DNA of 64,000 bases from an uncultured Verrucomicrobiae bacterium (GTDB lineage: Bacteria > Verrucomicrobiota > Verrucomicrobiia > Limisphaerales > Palsa-1400). The translations under genes were made by a program, and so were the position numbers. The notes under the pieces were generated by a model. The model had not been told where the DNA came from and made no database searches. It saw only the letters and a program-made list of their open reading frames with translations. The stretch's first letter is position 1. Every line of letters starts with the position of its first letter. Of the stretch, positions 39,364 to 48,213 are shown one piece after another. The DNA is taken from the NCBI GenBank assembly GCA_963813995.1, contig CAWFAZ010000086.1, forward strand, positions 71,973 through 135,972. The letters are read 5' to 3'.

Positions 39364-41372
39364 TTTTCTTCGTCCTCCGGCCCAAGAATGGTTTCAACAT
39401 GTGTTTTCTTTGCTGCGGTTTTCAACAGTGATTCAGCTGTCTCGAAGACTTTCTCCGCCAAACGTAAGAACTCCGGGTTGGTCGCGCTCCGTTTCAGGCT
39501 CAACGCTATTTCTTCAATTTGCTTTGCGTGCTCCTCGGCTAAGTAAACCTCTATTATTTCCTTTTGTATTTCCGGCTTCGGAACGGGAATTACAAGATTC
39601 AGCAGTTGCGTGCTGCTCATCGTGATGTTGGTTGCACCAGACATCAATGGAACGAGGATCTGGTATCGCAGACGACTTAGTAGTATAAACAAATAACGCG
39701 GAATTACCTCTTTCTCGTTTTTTGAAAAGAGCGCGCACATTGTCGTAGCTATAGCAAACTTCCCTTCTTGGTAATGGAGGCGTTTGATGTCAGCCTTGCC
39801 GTGTCCGGCAGACGAAACCAGCGGAATACAAACCGCATTACCTTCGAAGTCCCAGTGGTCTGATGTTTTTCTCTCTTCTGCAGGGACAACGAGAGCGTAA
39901 TCGCCCGGCGGCGTTGCCATGTTGGGCGAGAGACCATCTTTAACGTCACAGATGTCGCCCAGCCTACGGAGCGGAATGTCTGGTCGGTGTGTGATGCGGT
40001 TTGGGAGGTCATACCAGCGGCCAAGAAGATTCCGTTCCTCATCTTGCTTAATCGTGTCCTTGGAAACCGTGAATGCCATTACTCCCTTCTTCCGACGTTT
40101 CCACGGGCGGTGCTGGCCGACTGCCTGGCTGAAGCCCTTTACAACCTCCAGTGCAGCGGGAAGTTCATTGCCTTCAATTGGCAGGCGGGTGTCGCTTTGC
40201 GTGAAGCCGTCATTTTCAATTTCGACAAACAGAATCTCGCGTGATTGTCGGGAAAGAGATTTGTCCGCCAGCAAGATATGAGTCTTCACGCTGGCGTAGG
40301 GTTTGAAGACTCCGTGCGGTAGCGTGATGTCGGCGAGCAACATGTCCTCATCCACGAGCATTCTGCGAAGTTTTGTCTGTGCGCCTTGCTCATTGGACAT
40401 GATGCCTTCGGGAACGATTACCCCGGCGCGACCGTTGGCGTTGAGATGTTCAAGCATGTAGTCCAAGAAGAGTACCTCGGCCTTGCGGCTTGCGACGCCA
40501 AAGCGGGTGTGCGGGGTCACGCCGCCTTTGGGAGTCATGAACGGCGGGTTGGCAAGGATGAGGTCGGCCTTCTCGTGCCAGCGGGCATCGTTGCTCAGGG
40601 TGTCGTAGATGTGGATGGCGGGGTCGGGAAAGCCGTGGAGGAAGAGGTTCACCTTGCTCAGCTTCACCATGAGGTCGGTGATGTCGTAGCCGGCGAGATT
40701 GCCATAGAGTTTCTGGCGCTGGTCGTGCGTGAGCCGGTCGCCGGAAATGTTCGAGCCGGGCGAGGTGCTTTGCGCCAGGATGTGTTTGTAGGCGGAAACA
40801 AGGAATCCACCCGTGCCGCACGCGGGATCGAGGATTTTGTCGCCCGGCTGCGGGTCAAGGCAGGCGACGATGAAATCAATGATGTGGCGCGGGGTGCGGA
40901 ATTGGCCGTTCTCGCCCTGTGTGCCCATGCACTGGAGGAGATATTCGAAGGCGTTGCCGAGTTCCTCGCTGTGCGAGTAGGCGAAGCCGTTCACCTCCGT
41001 AAGGAACATCGTGAGGATGCGCCCGTCGCGGAATTTCAGGAAGGCATTGCGGAAGATGTCGCGGAAGAGGCCGGGCAGGTGCGCGGCTTTCTTTGGATTT
41101 CCCAGCGCCTCGATTCCTTCGGAAAAGAGCGTGACGCGCTGCTCGGCGGAGACGGTTTGCGGAAGGAGATTGCGCCAGCGATATTTTGCGAGGTCGCCGA
41201 TGAAGAAGGAGCGTTTGCCACCGAGCTTCACGGATTCCTCGTCGAGGTCGTCCATGAACTTGTAGATCAGTGCGAGCGTGATGAGTTCGACCTGGTCGGA
41301 GGGCAGCGGGAGCTTGCCAACGAGTACGTCGCGGCAGGCATCAATGCGGCGTTTGGTTTCAGAGGTAAGCAT
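39360..41372 (-). CDS. hsdM: N6-adenine DNA methyltransferase (HsdM-like) fused to a single HsdS-type target-recognition domain
   Basis: The HsdM_N-like N-terminus is IDACRDVLVGKLPLPSDQVELITLALIYKFMDD. The SAM motif is ILDPACGTGGFLV and the catalytic motif is LILANPPFMTPKGG. The C-terminal region of about 240 aa (LRRLGDICDVKDGLSPN...VIPRYLFILLSRLRYQILVPLMSGATNITMSSTQLLNLVIPVPKPEIQKEII) follows the type I S-subunit TRD pattern. Confidence 0.85.
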   Translation of the reverse strand: MLTSETKRRIDACRDVLVGKLPLPSDQVELITLALIYKFMDDLDEESVKLGGKRSFFIGDLAKYRWRNLLPQTVSAEQRVTLFSEGIEALGNPKKAAHLPGLFRDIFRNAFLKFRDGRILTMFLTEVNGFAYSHSEELGNAFEYLLQCMGTQGENGQFRTPRHIIDFIVACLDPQPGDKILDPACGTGGFLVSAYKHILAQSTSPGSNISGDRLTHDQRQKLYGNLAGYDITDLMVKLSKVNLFLHGFPDPAIHIYDTLSNDARWHEKADLILANPPFMTPKGGVTPHTRFGVASRKAEVLFLDYMLEHLNANGRAGVIVPEGIMSNEQGAQTKLRRMLVDEDMLLADITLPHGVFKPYASVKTHILLADKSLSRQSREILFVEIENDGFTQSDTRLPIEGNELPAALEVVKGFSQAVGQHRPWKRRKKGVMAFTVSKDTIKQDEERNLLGRWYDLPNRITHRPDIPLRRLGDICDVKDGLSPNMATPPGDYALVVPAEERKTSDHWDFEGNAVCIPLVSSAGHGKADIKRLHYQEGKFAIATTMCALFSKNEKEVIPRYLFILLSRLRYQILVPLMSGATNITMSSTQLLNLVIPVPKPEIQKEIIEVYLAEEHAKQIEEIALSLKRSATNPEFLRLAEKVFETAESLLKTAAKKTHVETILGPEDEEK

Positions 41373-41658
41373 TAAATTTTGAGCTTCATCGTCGTTTCTT
41401 GCCGCAACCGCCGCGCCAGCGCCACTTTACTTTTATCCCGTTTGCCCAAGCCCGGCAAGTCTTGTTCCTTCCATAACCCGTCCAAGTCAACGCTCCTTTG
41501 TGACGGGGTGGTGATCCGCCGTCGCCGCCGGTTTGACTTTAGCCTTTAGCATTCAGCCTCTTGTCTCGCCACAGCTTCCGAGCGGCGGCAGATCAGCATT
41601 TGCTCTGTGCCGTGCAGGCCCGGATTTGTAAGAAGTTCGGAGTTCGCGTCTTTCGCAT

Positions 41659-41733
41659 ATTTCGCGGTTAACCCGGTTTTCCATGATCTGTCAGGGCATC
41701 CGTGAAATCCGTGCCATCCGTGGTCAAATTCTT
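41659..41733. repeat. Intergenic repeat family, copy B (compact form)
   Basis: ATTTCGCGGTTAACCCGGTTTTCCATGATCTGTCAGGGCA, then a 17-nt linker containing ATCCGTG iterations, then ATCCGTGGTCAAATTCTT. See copy A at 9887-10098. Confidence 0.7.
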
Positions 41734-42023
41734 AAACCAAGTCCAAGTCAACCTGATCGTTAAAAGGCTTCCGCCTGCGCTGCGGCAGCCACGGCGCGAT
41801 GAGATGGCGGCCCGACGAAAGTTCTGAAAAACTGCCAGTCGGAGCGCCGCAACCTGACCATTGTCAACTGCAAATAATTGCCGATTACGCAAGTGCCTTG
41901 CTGACAACTGGTTGTGACTATTCAAAATGTCGAATTTTTCACCGTTTTTTTCGGGGCGGTATTCTTCAACGCAAGTTGTCCTGAGAAAATCAAAGGTGGA
42001 TTTTGGATTTTTTTGTGCCCCGG

Positions 42024-42040
42024 CCTTGCAAACTGCAAGG
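42024..42040. promoter_or_regulatory. Perfect 7-3-7 palindrome about 115 nt upstream of the GH13 gene (candidate operator)
   Basis: CCTTGCA-AAC-TGCAAGG at 42024-42040, with a related half-site GTGCAAAC about 40 nt downstream. No cognate regulator has been identified. Confidence 0.2.
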
Positions 42041-42155
42041 TTTCAAAAACTGATCTCCCCCGCACGTTTATGCGGTTGTGCAAACAGGGCGTTTCCGATA
42101 ATATGCGCCTGGAATTCACGGACACGCACAACAGCGCAAACAAGAATCAATCACT

Positions 42156-43583
42156 TTGAAAAGCAAACTTGGAATCATCATCGGCTCCCTGGCGGTGGTG
42201 TTATTGTGCCAGCCTGCGGCGCGGGCGGATAATCTTTCCCAAATCCCGGCGCGAACGTCCCCGGCATGGCTGCGCGACGGCGTGGTTTACGAAATCTTCC
42301 CGCGTGATTTTTCCCCCGCCGGAAATCTCGACGGGGTCATCGCGAGCCTGGATGAATTGAAGGATTTGGGCGTGACCATCCTGTGGACCATGCCGATCCA
42401 TCCGATTGGCGAAAAGTGCCGCAAGGGCGAGTTTGGCAGCCCGTATTCCATCAAGGATTTTTACGCCGTGGATCCCCATTACGGAACGGTGGACGATTTC
42501 AAACGGCTTGTCGCCGAAGCCCACAAGCGCGGTTTGAAGGTCATCATGGATATCGTGGCCAACCATACGTCGTGGGACAACGCGATGATGCAGCAGCACC
42601 CGGAATATTACCTGCAAGACGCGCAAGGCAAAATCATCCCGCCGGATCCTGGCTGGTTGGATGTCGCGGGGTTGAATTATGCGAACCCGGCGCTGCGCCA
42701 ATACATGATTGCCATGATGAAGTATTGGGTGCAGACGTGCAACGTGGATGGTTTCCGCTGCGACGTCGCCTGGAATGTGCCGACGGATTTCTGGGAAGCG
42801 GCGCGCGCCCAACTCGAAAGCGTCAAGCCGGACATCGTGTTGCTGGCCGAGGCGAGCAAGCCCGATCTGCTGGTGAAGGCATTTGACGTTGATTACGCCT
42901 GGCCGCTGATGGGCACGCTCAATGATGTGCTGATCAAAGGCGCGCCGGCCTCCAAGCTGCGCGCTTCGTGGGAGGAGAGCCTGCGGCAGTTCCCGCGCGA
43001 TTCGCTCCACATGCGTCTCACGGACGATCACGATGAACCGCGCGCGGTCTCGCGCTTTGGTGTGCGCGGCGCGCTGGCCGGCTCGGCGCTGATGTTCACG
43101 CTGGACGGCGTGCCGCTGCTTTACAACGGGATGGAAGTGGGTGACGCTACGGAATCCGGCGACCCTGCGCTGTTCGACAGGCTGCCTATTTTCTGGTCGC
43201 CCAAGGACCGCCCGCCTTTGCGCAGGATTTATCACGACCTGATCCAGTTGCGCAAAGAGAACGCCCCCTTCCGCAACGGCCGCGTCATTTGGCTGCACAA
43301 TTCAAACGAAGGCAGCCTCGTCACGTTCAAGCGCGCGGATGAGACGAATGAATTCGTGGTGGTGATCAATTTCTCGAACCGCCCCATCCACGGGCAGGTG
43401 GAAGTCACCAACGGCGGGGATTTCAAGCCGGTGCGGATTGCCGGAATGCCCCAGGTTCCGAACCAGGATTTTCCATCGGTTCATTTGGGAGGTTTTGACT
43501 GGCGCATCTATCAGCGCAGTCTGCCGGTCGCGCGGCATACCCCTGCGGACACAAGGCCGGTCCAGATTGGCCTGGCGCACTGA
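42156..43583 (+). CDS. Secreted GH13 alpha-amylase-family enzyme
   Basis: TTG start and signal peptide MKSKLGIIIGSLAVVLLCQPAARA. The GH13 blocks are VVYEIFPRDFSPAGNLDGV...LGVTILWTMPIHPIG, KVIMDIVANHTS, DGFRCDVAWNVP, VLLAEA and LTDDHDEPR. Confidence 0.85.
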   Translation: MKSKLGIIIGSLAVVLLCQPAARADNLSQIPARTSPAWLRDGVVYEIFPRDFSPAGNLDGVIASLDELKDLGVTILWTMPIHPIGEKCRKGEFGSPYSIKDFYAVDPHYGTVDDFKRLVAEAHKRGLKVIMDIVANHTSWDNAMMQQHPEYYLQDAQGKIIPPDPGWLDVAGLNYANPALRQYMIAMMKYWVQTCNVDGFRCDVAWNVPTDFWEAARAQLESVKPDIVLLAEASKPDLLVKAFDVDYAWPLMGTLNDVLIKGAPASKLRASWEESLRQFPRDSLHMRLTDDHDEPRAVSRFGVRGALAGSALMFTLDGVPLLYNGMEVGDATESGDPALFDRLPIFWSPKDRPPLRRIYHDLIQLRKENAPFRNGRVIWLHNSNEGSLVTFKRADETNEFVVVINFSNRPIHGQVEVTNGGDFKPVRIAGMPQVPNQDFPSVHLGGFDWRIYQRSLPVARHTPADTRPVQIGLAH

Positions 43584-43610
43584 AACAAAAGCCCGCTGGT
43601 TTATGACACC

Positions 43611-44999
43611 ATGAGCGCAGTGCGAGATGAACCCGCCCCCCGGCTAAAAACCGCCGGGCCGAAGCCACGGTTGAGTTTCTGGCAAATCTGGAACATGAGC
43701 TTCGGCTTTCTCGGCATCCAGTTCGGCTGGGGTCTGCAGATGGCGAACATGAGCTCCATTTACCGGTACCTCGGGGCGAACTACGATTCCCTGCCCATCT
43801 TGTGGCTGGCCGCGCCCGTCACCGGCTTGCTCATCCAACCCTTGGTCGGCCAATCCAGCGACCGCATCTGGACCCGGCTGGGCCGGCGGCGCCCGTTTAT
43901 TCTGGGCGGCGCGATTCTCGCCTCGCTGGCTCTGGTCTTGATGCCTAATTGCCCGTCGGTTTGGATGGCGGCGGGACTGCTCTGGGTGCTGGATGGAACC
44001 ATCAATGCCAGCATGCAGCCTTTCCGGGCGTTGGTGGCGGACAATCTTCCCGAAGAACAAAACTCGCAAGGCTTTGCCATCCAATCCCTGTTCATTGGGT
44101 TGGGCGGCACCATTGCATCAGCGTTGCCTTGGATGATGACCAACTGGTTTGGAGTTGCCTCCGAAGGCGCGGGGCAGGGACATGTGCCCGCTTCCGTCAG
44201 GCTCTCGTTTTACATCGGCGCGGCGGCGTGCATGGGCGCGGTGCTCTGGACGGTTTTTACCACCTCGGAATATCCGCCTTCCGAATCGGAACTGGCCGCC
44301 ATCCGCATCAGGAAATTCGACTGGACTCTTGGGTTGGGCGACATCTATGCGCTGGTTTTTCATTTGCCCCGGCGGATGTGGGAGCTGGGGTTGGTTCAGT
44401 TCTTTACCTGGGTCGGAATGTTCACGCTTTGGGTTTATTTTCCCCCGGCTGTTGCGAAAAACATATTTCATGCGGCGACAGGCTCGGTGGCAATGGAAGC
44501 TTCCGGTTCCTGGTCGGGCTTCTGTTTTGCCGCGTATAATGCCGTTTGCTTCATTTTTTCATTCGTGCTGCTGTGGGGCACGAAATACACCGGCCCCAAG
44601 CTGATGCACATTCTCTGTCTGGCGGCGGGTGCGCTGGGGCTGGCGTCCGTTCCTCTGGCTTCAGACAAGTATCACCTGTTGATCGCCATGACCGCGGTCG
44701 GCATCGCGTGGGCGAGCATCCTTTCCATGCCTTACGCCATGCTGGTGCCCGCGCTGCCGAAGGAAAAAGTCGGGGTCATGATGGGGATGTTCAATCTGTT
44801 CATCGTGCTGCCGCAGATTGCCGCTTCCAGCCTGCTCGGTTACATCTTGAAAAATTATCTGCACAGCGAACCCATGAATGCCCTCGTCCTGGGCGGGGCG
44901 AGCATGGGACTGGCCGCCGTGCTGACGCTGTTGGTGGTGACCTTCAAGCGTCTTGAGCGTTGCCCTGCTCCTGCAGATGCTGGCACAGTGGGTGGATGA
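43611..44999 (+). CDS. MFS transporter, SLC45/GPH-like (putative maltose/malto-oligosaccharide:H+ symporter)
   Basis: 462-aa polytopic ORF. The N-terminus is FWQIWNMSFGFLGIQFGWGLQMANMSSIY...GQSSDRIWTRLGRRRPFILGG, as in SLC45-type sugar transporters. It sits between an amylase gene and malQ. Confidence 0.8.
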   Translation: MSAVRDEPAPRLKTAGPKPRLSFWQIWNMSFGFLGIQFGWGLQMANMSSIYRYLGANYDSLPILWLAAPVTGLLIQPLVGQSSDRIWTRLGRRRPFILGGAILASLALVLMPNCPSVWMAAGLLWVLDGTINASMQPFRALVADNLPEEQNSQGFAIQSLFIGLGGTIASALPWMMTNWFGVASEGAGQGHVPASVRLSFYIGAAACMGAVLWTVFTTSEYPPSESELAAIRIRKFDWTLGLGDIYALVFHLPRRMWELGLVQFFTWVGMFTLWVYFPPAVAKNIFHAATGSVAMEASGSWSGFCFAAYNAVCFIFSFVLLWGTKYTGPKLMHILCLAAGALGLASVPLASDKYHLLIAMTAVGIAWASILSMPYAMLVPALPKEKVGVMMGMFNLFIVLPQIAASSLLGYILKNYLHSEPMNALVLGGASMGLAAVLTLLVVTFKRLERCPAPADAGTVGG

Positions 45000-45027
45000 A
45001 AAGTCCGCGTCCGCCTGATCCCCGCCC

Positions 45028-47733
45028 ATGAAAATCACCATTCGATTGCGTTACCATACGCATTTTGGCCAGGCGCTGTTTCTTTGTGGCGATCACAAAT
45101 GGTTTGGCGGCGGCCAGCAGGAGAGCGCGCTGCCTTTGCATTATGTGAATGAGGAATTCTGGGAGGCGGCGCTCGACCTGCCGGACACGCGCCCGCCCAA
45201 AGCGCCGGTGAGTTATTACTTCCTTTTGCGCAATCAGGACGGCTCAGTGATTGAAGATTTCGGCGGCGACCGAAAACTTGATCTTGCCGGCCTCACCCGC
45301 GGCCACACCGTTATCATGGATTCATGGAACGACTTGGGCGCGGTCGAAAATGTTTTCTTCACCGAACCGTTTAAAAATGTTTTGCTCCGGACGGAAAAAG
45401 AGCCGGTCAGCGCCAAATCGCCCGTCGTCGCCACGCATTCGTTCACGGTCAAAGCGCCGTTGCTGCCGAAGGGACAGACCATCTGCCTGCTGGGCGGCGC
45501 CATCACAGTGGGCGGTTGGAACCAGGCCGCGCCGGTATTGCTGCGACGCTGCGCGGAGAACGGATGCTTCAGTGTGCAACTTGATTTCGCAAGGGAACCC
45601 TTTCCCGTCGCTTACAAATACGGCGTCTATGATATCGAAAGAAATGCGTTTGTCCGGTATGAGGACGGCGCGAATCGCCTGCTCGCAGAAGCTGCCCCCC
45701 CGGACGTGCAGGTGATCGTCAACGACGGCTTCGCGCATTTGCCAGGCGCGCCGTGGCGGGGCGCGGGCGTGGCCATGCCGGTATTCAGCCTGCGCAGCGC
45801 AAGAAGTTTTGGCGTGGGTGAATTTTTGGATTTGCCACTGCTGGCGGATTGGGCGCGCCGCGCCGGACTCAAGCTGATTCAAATCCTGCCGGTAAACGAC
45901 ACGAGCGCCACGCACACCTGGATGGACTCGTATCCGTACGCCGGGATTTCCGCGTTTGCGCTGCATCCGCTCTATCTGAATCTTGACCGCCTGGCCGGAA
46001 CCGGCGCCCGGCATTTGCTCAAAAGCCTGGCCGGCCGGCGCGAACAACTCAACGCGCTGGCAACGGTGGATTACGAGGCGGTGATGAAAGCCAAGCTGGC
46101 GTTCGTGCGGGAGATTTTTCCGGCGCAACGGGAGGAAACATTTGCCGGCGCGGAGTATCGGAAGTTTTTCTCGCAAAACAAAAACTGGCTCGCCCCGTAC
46201 GCGGCCTTTTGTTTTTTGCGCGACAAGTTCGGGACGGCGGATTTCAACCAATGGCCGGAACATCGCGTCTATGACGCGAAGAAGATCAGCGCCCTGGCTG
46301 CGCGGGATGCCGCCGCGGGCGATGAGATGGCTTTGCATTGCTTCATCCAGTTTCATTTGCATCTCCAACTGCGCGAAGCGGCCGATGATGCGCATGCCCG
46401 GGGCTTGATTCTCAAGGGCGACATTGCCATCGGCGTCCATCCCCACAGCGCGGAGGTCTGGCAGCAGCCGGCGTTGTTTCACACCGACATGCAGGCCGGC
46501 GCGCCGCCGGACGCCTTCGCCGCCAAAGGCCAGAATTGGGGCTTCCCCACTTACAACTGGCCGCGCATGAAGCAGGACGGCTTTGATTGGTGGAAGCGGC
46601 GCTTCGCGCAGATGAGTTGTTATTTTGATGCCTTTCGCATCGACCACATTCTCGGCTTCTTTCGCATCTGGAGCATTCCGCGGAACGCCGTCGAAGGCAT
46701 TCCCGGTTATTTCGTGCCCGCCCTGCCGGTGCAGGCCGGCGAATTCGCCGCGCGCGGCATCGCCTTCAATTACGAACGATTCACCCGGCCATTCATCAAC
46801 GACGCCGTGTTGCGCGAAATATTCGCCGGGCGCGCCGGGAGCGTGAAGCGCGAATTCCTGAATCCCGCCTCGCGCGGAACGTATTCGCTAAAACCGGAAT
46901 TTGCGACGCAACAGGACGTGGAAAGACATTTTGCGTTGTTGGAAGAAGACAGGCGCGAAGCGCGGCTAAAGGAGGGGCTGTTTGATTTGATCAGCAACGT
47001 GCTGCTGATCGAGGTTCCGGGCAGCGCGGGCGCGGCATTTCATTTCCGGCTGGGCATGGAGCAAACGGCCTCCTTCCGGCAACTGGATCAGGCCACCCGG
47101 GCGCGGCTGAAGGATTTGTATGTGGATTATTTTTTCCGGCGGCAGGACGGGTGTTGGAGGCGGGAGGCGCTGCAGAAATTGCCCGCCCTGAAACGCGTCA
47201 CGAACATGCTCATCTGCGGCGAAGATTTGGGGATGGTCCCGGCCTGTGTGCCGGAGGTGATGAAACAACTGGGCCTGTTGAGCCTGGAAATTCAGCGCAT
47301 GCCCAAGGACTTGCATCTGGATTTTTCGCGTCCGGCGGACGCTCCTTATCTGAGCGTCGTCACGCCCTCGACGCATGACATGAGCACGATTCGCGGCTGG
47401 TGGCTGGAGGACAAAAAGCTCACGCAAAAATTTTTCAACCAGGAGTTGCGGCGCCCCGGCGCGCCGCCGTCCCAATGCGAGCCGTGGGTCAACCGGGAAA
47501 TCATCCGCCAGCATCTGGATTCGCCGGCGATGTGGAGCATTTTTCAATTGCAGGACCTGCTGGGCATGGACGGCGCGCTGCGCCGCCCCGACGTGGACGC
47601 GGAACGCATCAATGTGCCGGCCATTCCCAAGTATTACTGGCGCCACCGCATGTCTCTGCCATTGGAGGCGCTGGTCCGGGCGGAGAATTTTAACCGGCTG
47701 GTGGAAAATCTGGTCCGGCAGAGCGGGCGCTGA
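45028..47733 (+). CDS. malQ: 4-alpha-glucanotransferase (GH77, DPE2-like long form with N-terminal CBM20-type domains)
   Basis: 901 aa. The GH77 blocks are GAGVAMPVFSLRSARSFGVGEFLDL, KLIQILPVNDTS, ILKGDIAIGV, FRIDHILGFFRIW, LICGEDLGMVP and TPSTHDMSTIRGWW. Confidence 0.9.
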   Translation: MKITIRLRYHTHFGQALFLCGDHKWFGGGQQESALPLHYVNEEFWEAALDLPDTRPPKAPVSYYFLLRNQDGSVIEDFGGDRKLDLAGLTRGHTVIMDSWNDLGAVENVFFTEPFKNVLLRTEKEPVSAKSPVVATHSFTVKAPLLPKGQTICLLGGAITVGGWNQAAPVLLRRCAENGCFSVQLDFAREPFPVAYKYGVYDIERNAFVRYEDGANRLLAEAAPPDVQVIVNDGFAHLPGAPWRGAGVAMPVFSLRSARSFGVGEFLDLPLLADWARRAGLKLIQILPVNDTSATHTWMDSYPYAGISAFALHPLYLNLDRLAGTGARHLLKSLAGRREQLNALATVDYEAVMKAKLAFVREIFPAQREETFAGAEYRKFFSQNKNWLAPYAAFCFLRDKFGTADFNQWPEHRVYDAKKISALAARDAAAGDEMALHCFIQFHLHLQLREAADDAHARGLILKGDIAIGVHPHSAEVWQQPALFHTDMQAGAPPDAFAAKGQNWGFPTYNWPRMKQDGFDWWKRRFAQMSCYFDAFRIDHILGFFRIWSIPRNAVEGIPGYFVPALPVQAGEFAARGIAFNYERFTRPFINDAVLREIFAGRAGSVKREFLNPASRGTYSLKPEFATQQDVERHFALLEEDRREARLKEGLFDLISNVLLIEVPGSAGAAFHFRLGMEQTASFRQLDQATRARLKDLYVDYFFRRQDGCWRREALQKLPALKRVTNMLICGEDLGMVPACVPEVMKQLGLLSLEIQRMPKDLHLDFSRPADAPYLSVVTPSTHDMSTIRGWWLEDKKLTQKFFNQELRRPGAPPSQCEPWVNREIIRQHLDSPAMWSIFQLQDLLGMDGALRRPDVDAERINVPAIPKYYWRHRMSLPLEALVRAENFNRLVENLVRQSGR

Positions 47734-47760
47734 TTTTCTTTGGTCATTAGTTTAAACAAA

Positions 47761-47850
47761 TGGCGGAAGGGGTGGGATTCGAACCCACGTTGGGGTTTCC
47801 CCCAAGCCTGATTTCGAGTCAGGTACATTCAACCACTCTGCCACCCTTCC
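47761..47850 (-). tRNA. tRNA-Ser (anticodon CGA), long variable arm, CCA encoded
   Basis: The reverse complement is GGAAGGGTGGCAGAGTGGTTGAATGTACCTGACTCGAAATCAGGCTTGGGGGAAACCCCAACGTGGGTTCGAATCCCACCCCTTCCGCCA. The acceptor stem is GGAAGGG/CCCTTCC, the anticodon stem is CCTGA/TCAGG with loop CTCGAAA, and the T arm is GTGGG-TTCGAATC-CCCAC. Confidence 0.93.
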
Positions 47851-47853
47851 ACT
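47811..47853. repeat. 43-bp direct repeat, copy 1 (tRNA-Ser positions 1-40 plus 3 upstream nt)
   Basis: ATTTCGAGTCAGGTACATTCAACCACTCTGCCACCCTTCCACT is identical to 50062-50104. Confidence 0.95.
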
Positions 47854-47956
47854 CGTTGATAACAACGGTAATTATTATGGCCGGATAAAGGTCAGCGGCA
47901 AGATCATTCGTGAGAGTCTGATTTTTTGCCCAATCGAACAGTTCGACGCATTTCCC

Positions 47957-48202
47957 ATGCTTGCCGGGTTTGTCGGAGTTCCGCGAGCAGCGCCTTTTCG
48001 TCAGGCAATTTCAGAAGGTAATCAGCGGCCACTATTTGATTGGGCAATCCTTCCAAGGCGTAACGGGCGACATCGCTTTCAGCGGCAGAACGTCGTCGCG
48101 TTTCCGAAGCTGCCGGAGTTCCAGCAAGTCACGCTGAAAGTGCTGCGCTGGGAAGAACGGGACAAACGGCTGGTCATCAAAGAGGCCGAAATGGCGGCAT
48201 GA
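47957..48202 (+). CDS. Hypothetical small ORF (weak call)
   Basis: 81-aa ORF with no recognisable motif. The only support is a GC-rich hairpin immediately downstream. The minus-strand frames here are broken. Confidence 0.25.
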   Translation: MLAGFVGVPRAAPFRQAISEGNQRPLFDWAILPRRNGRHRFQRQNVVAFPKLPEFQQVTLKVLRWEERDKRLVIKEAEMAA

Positions 48203-48213
48203 ACGACACGGTG

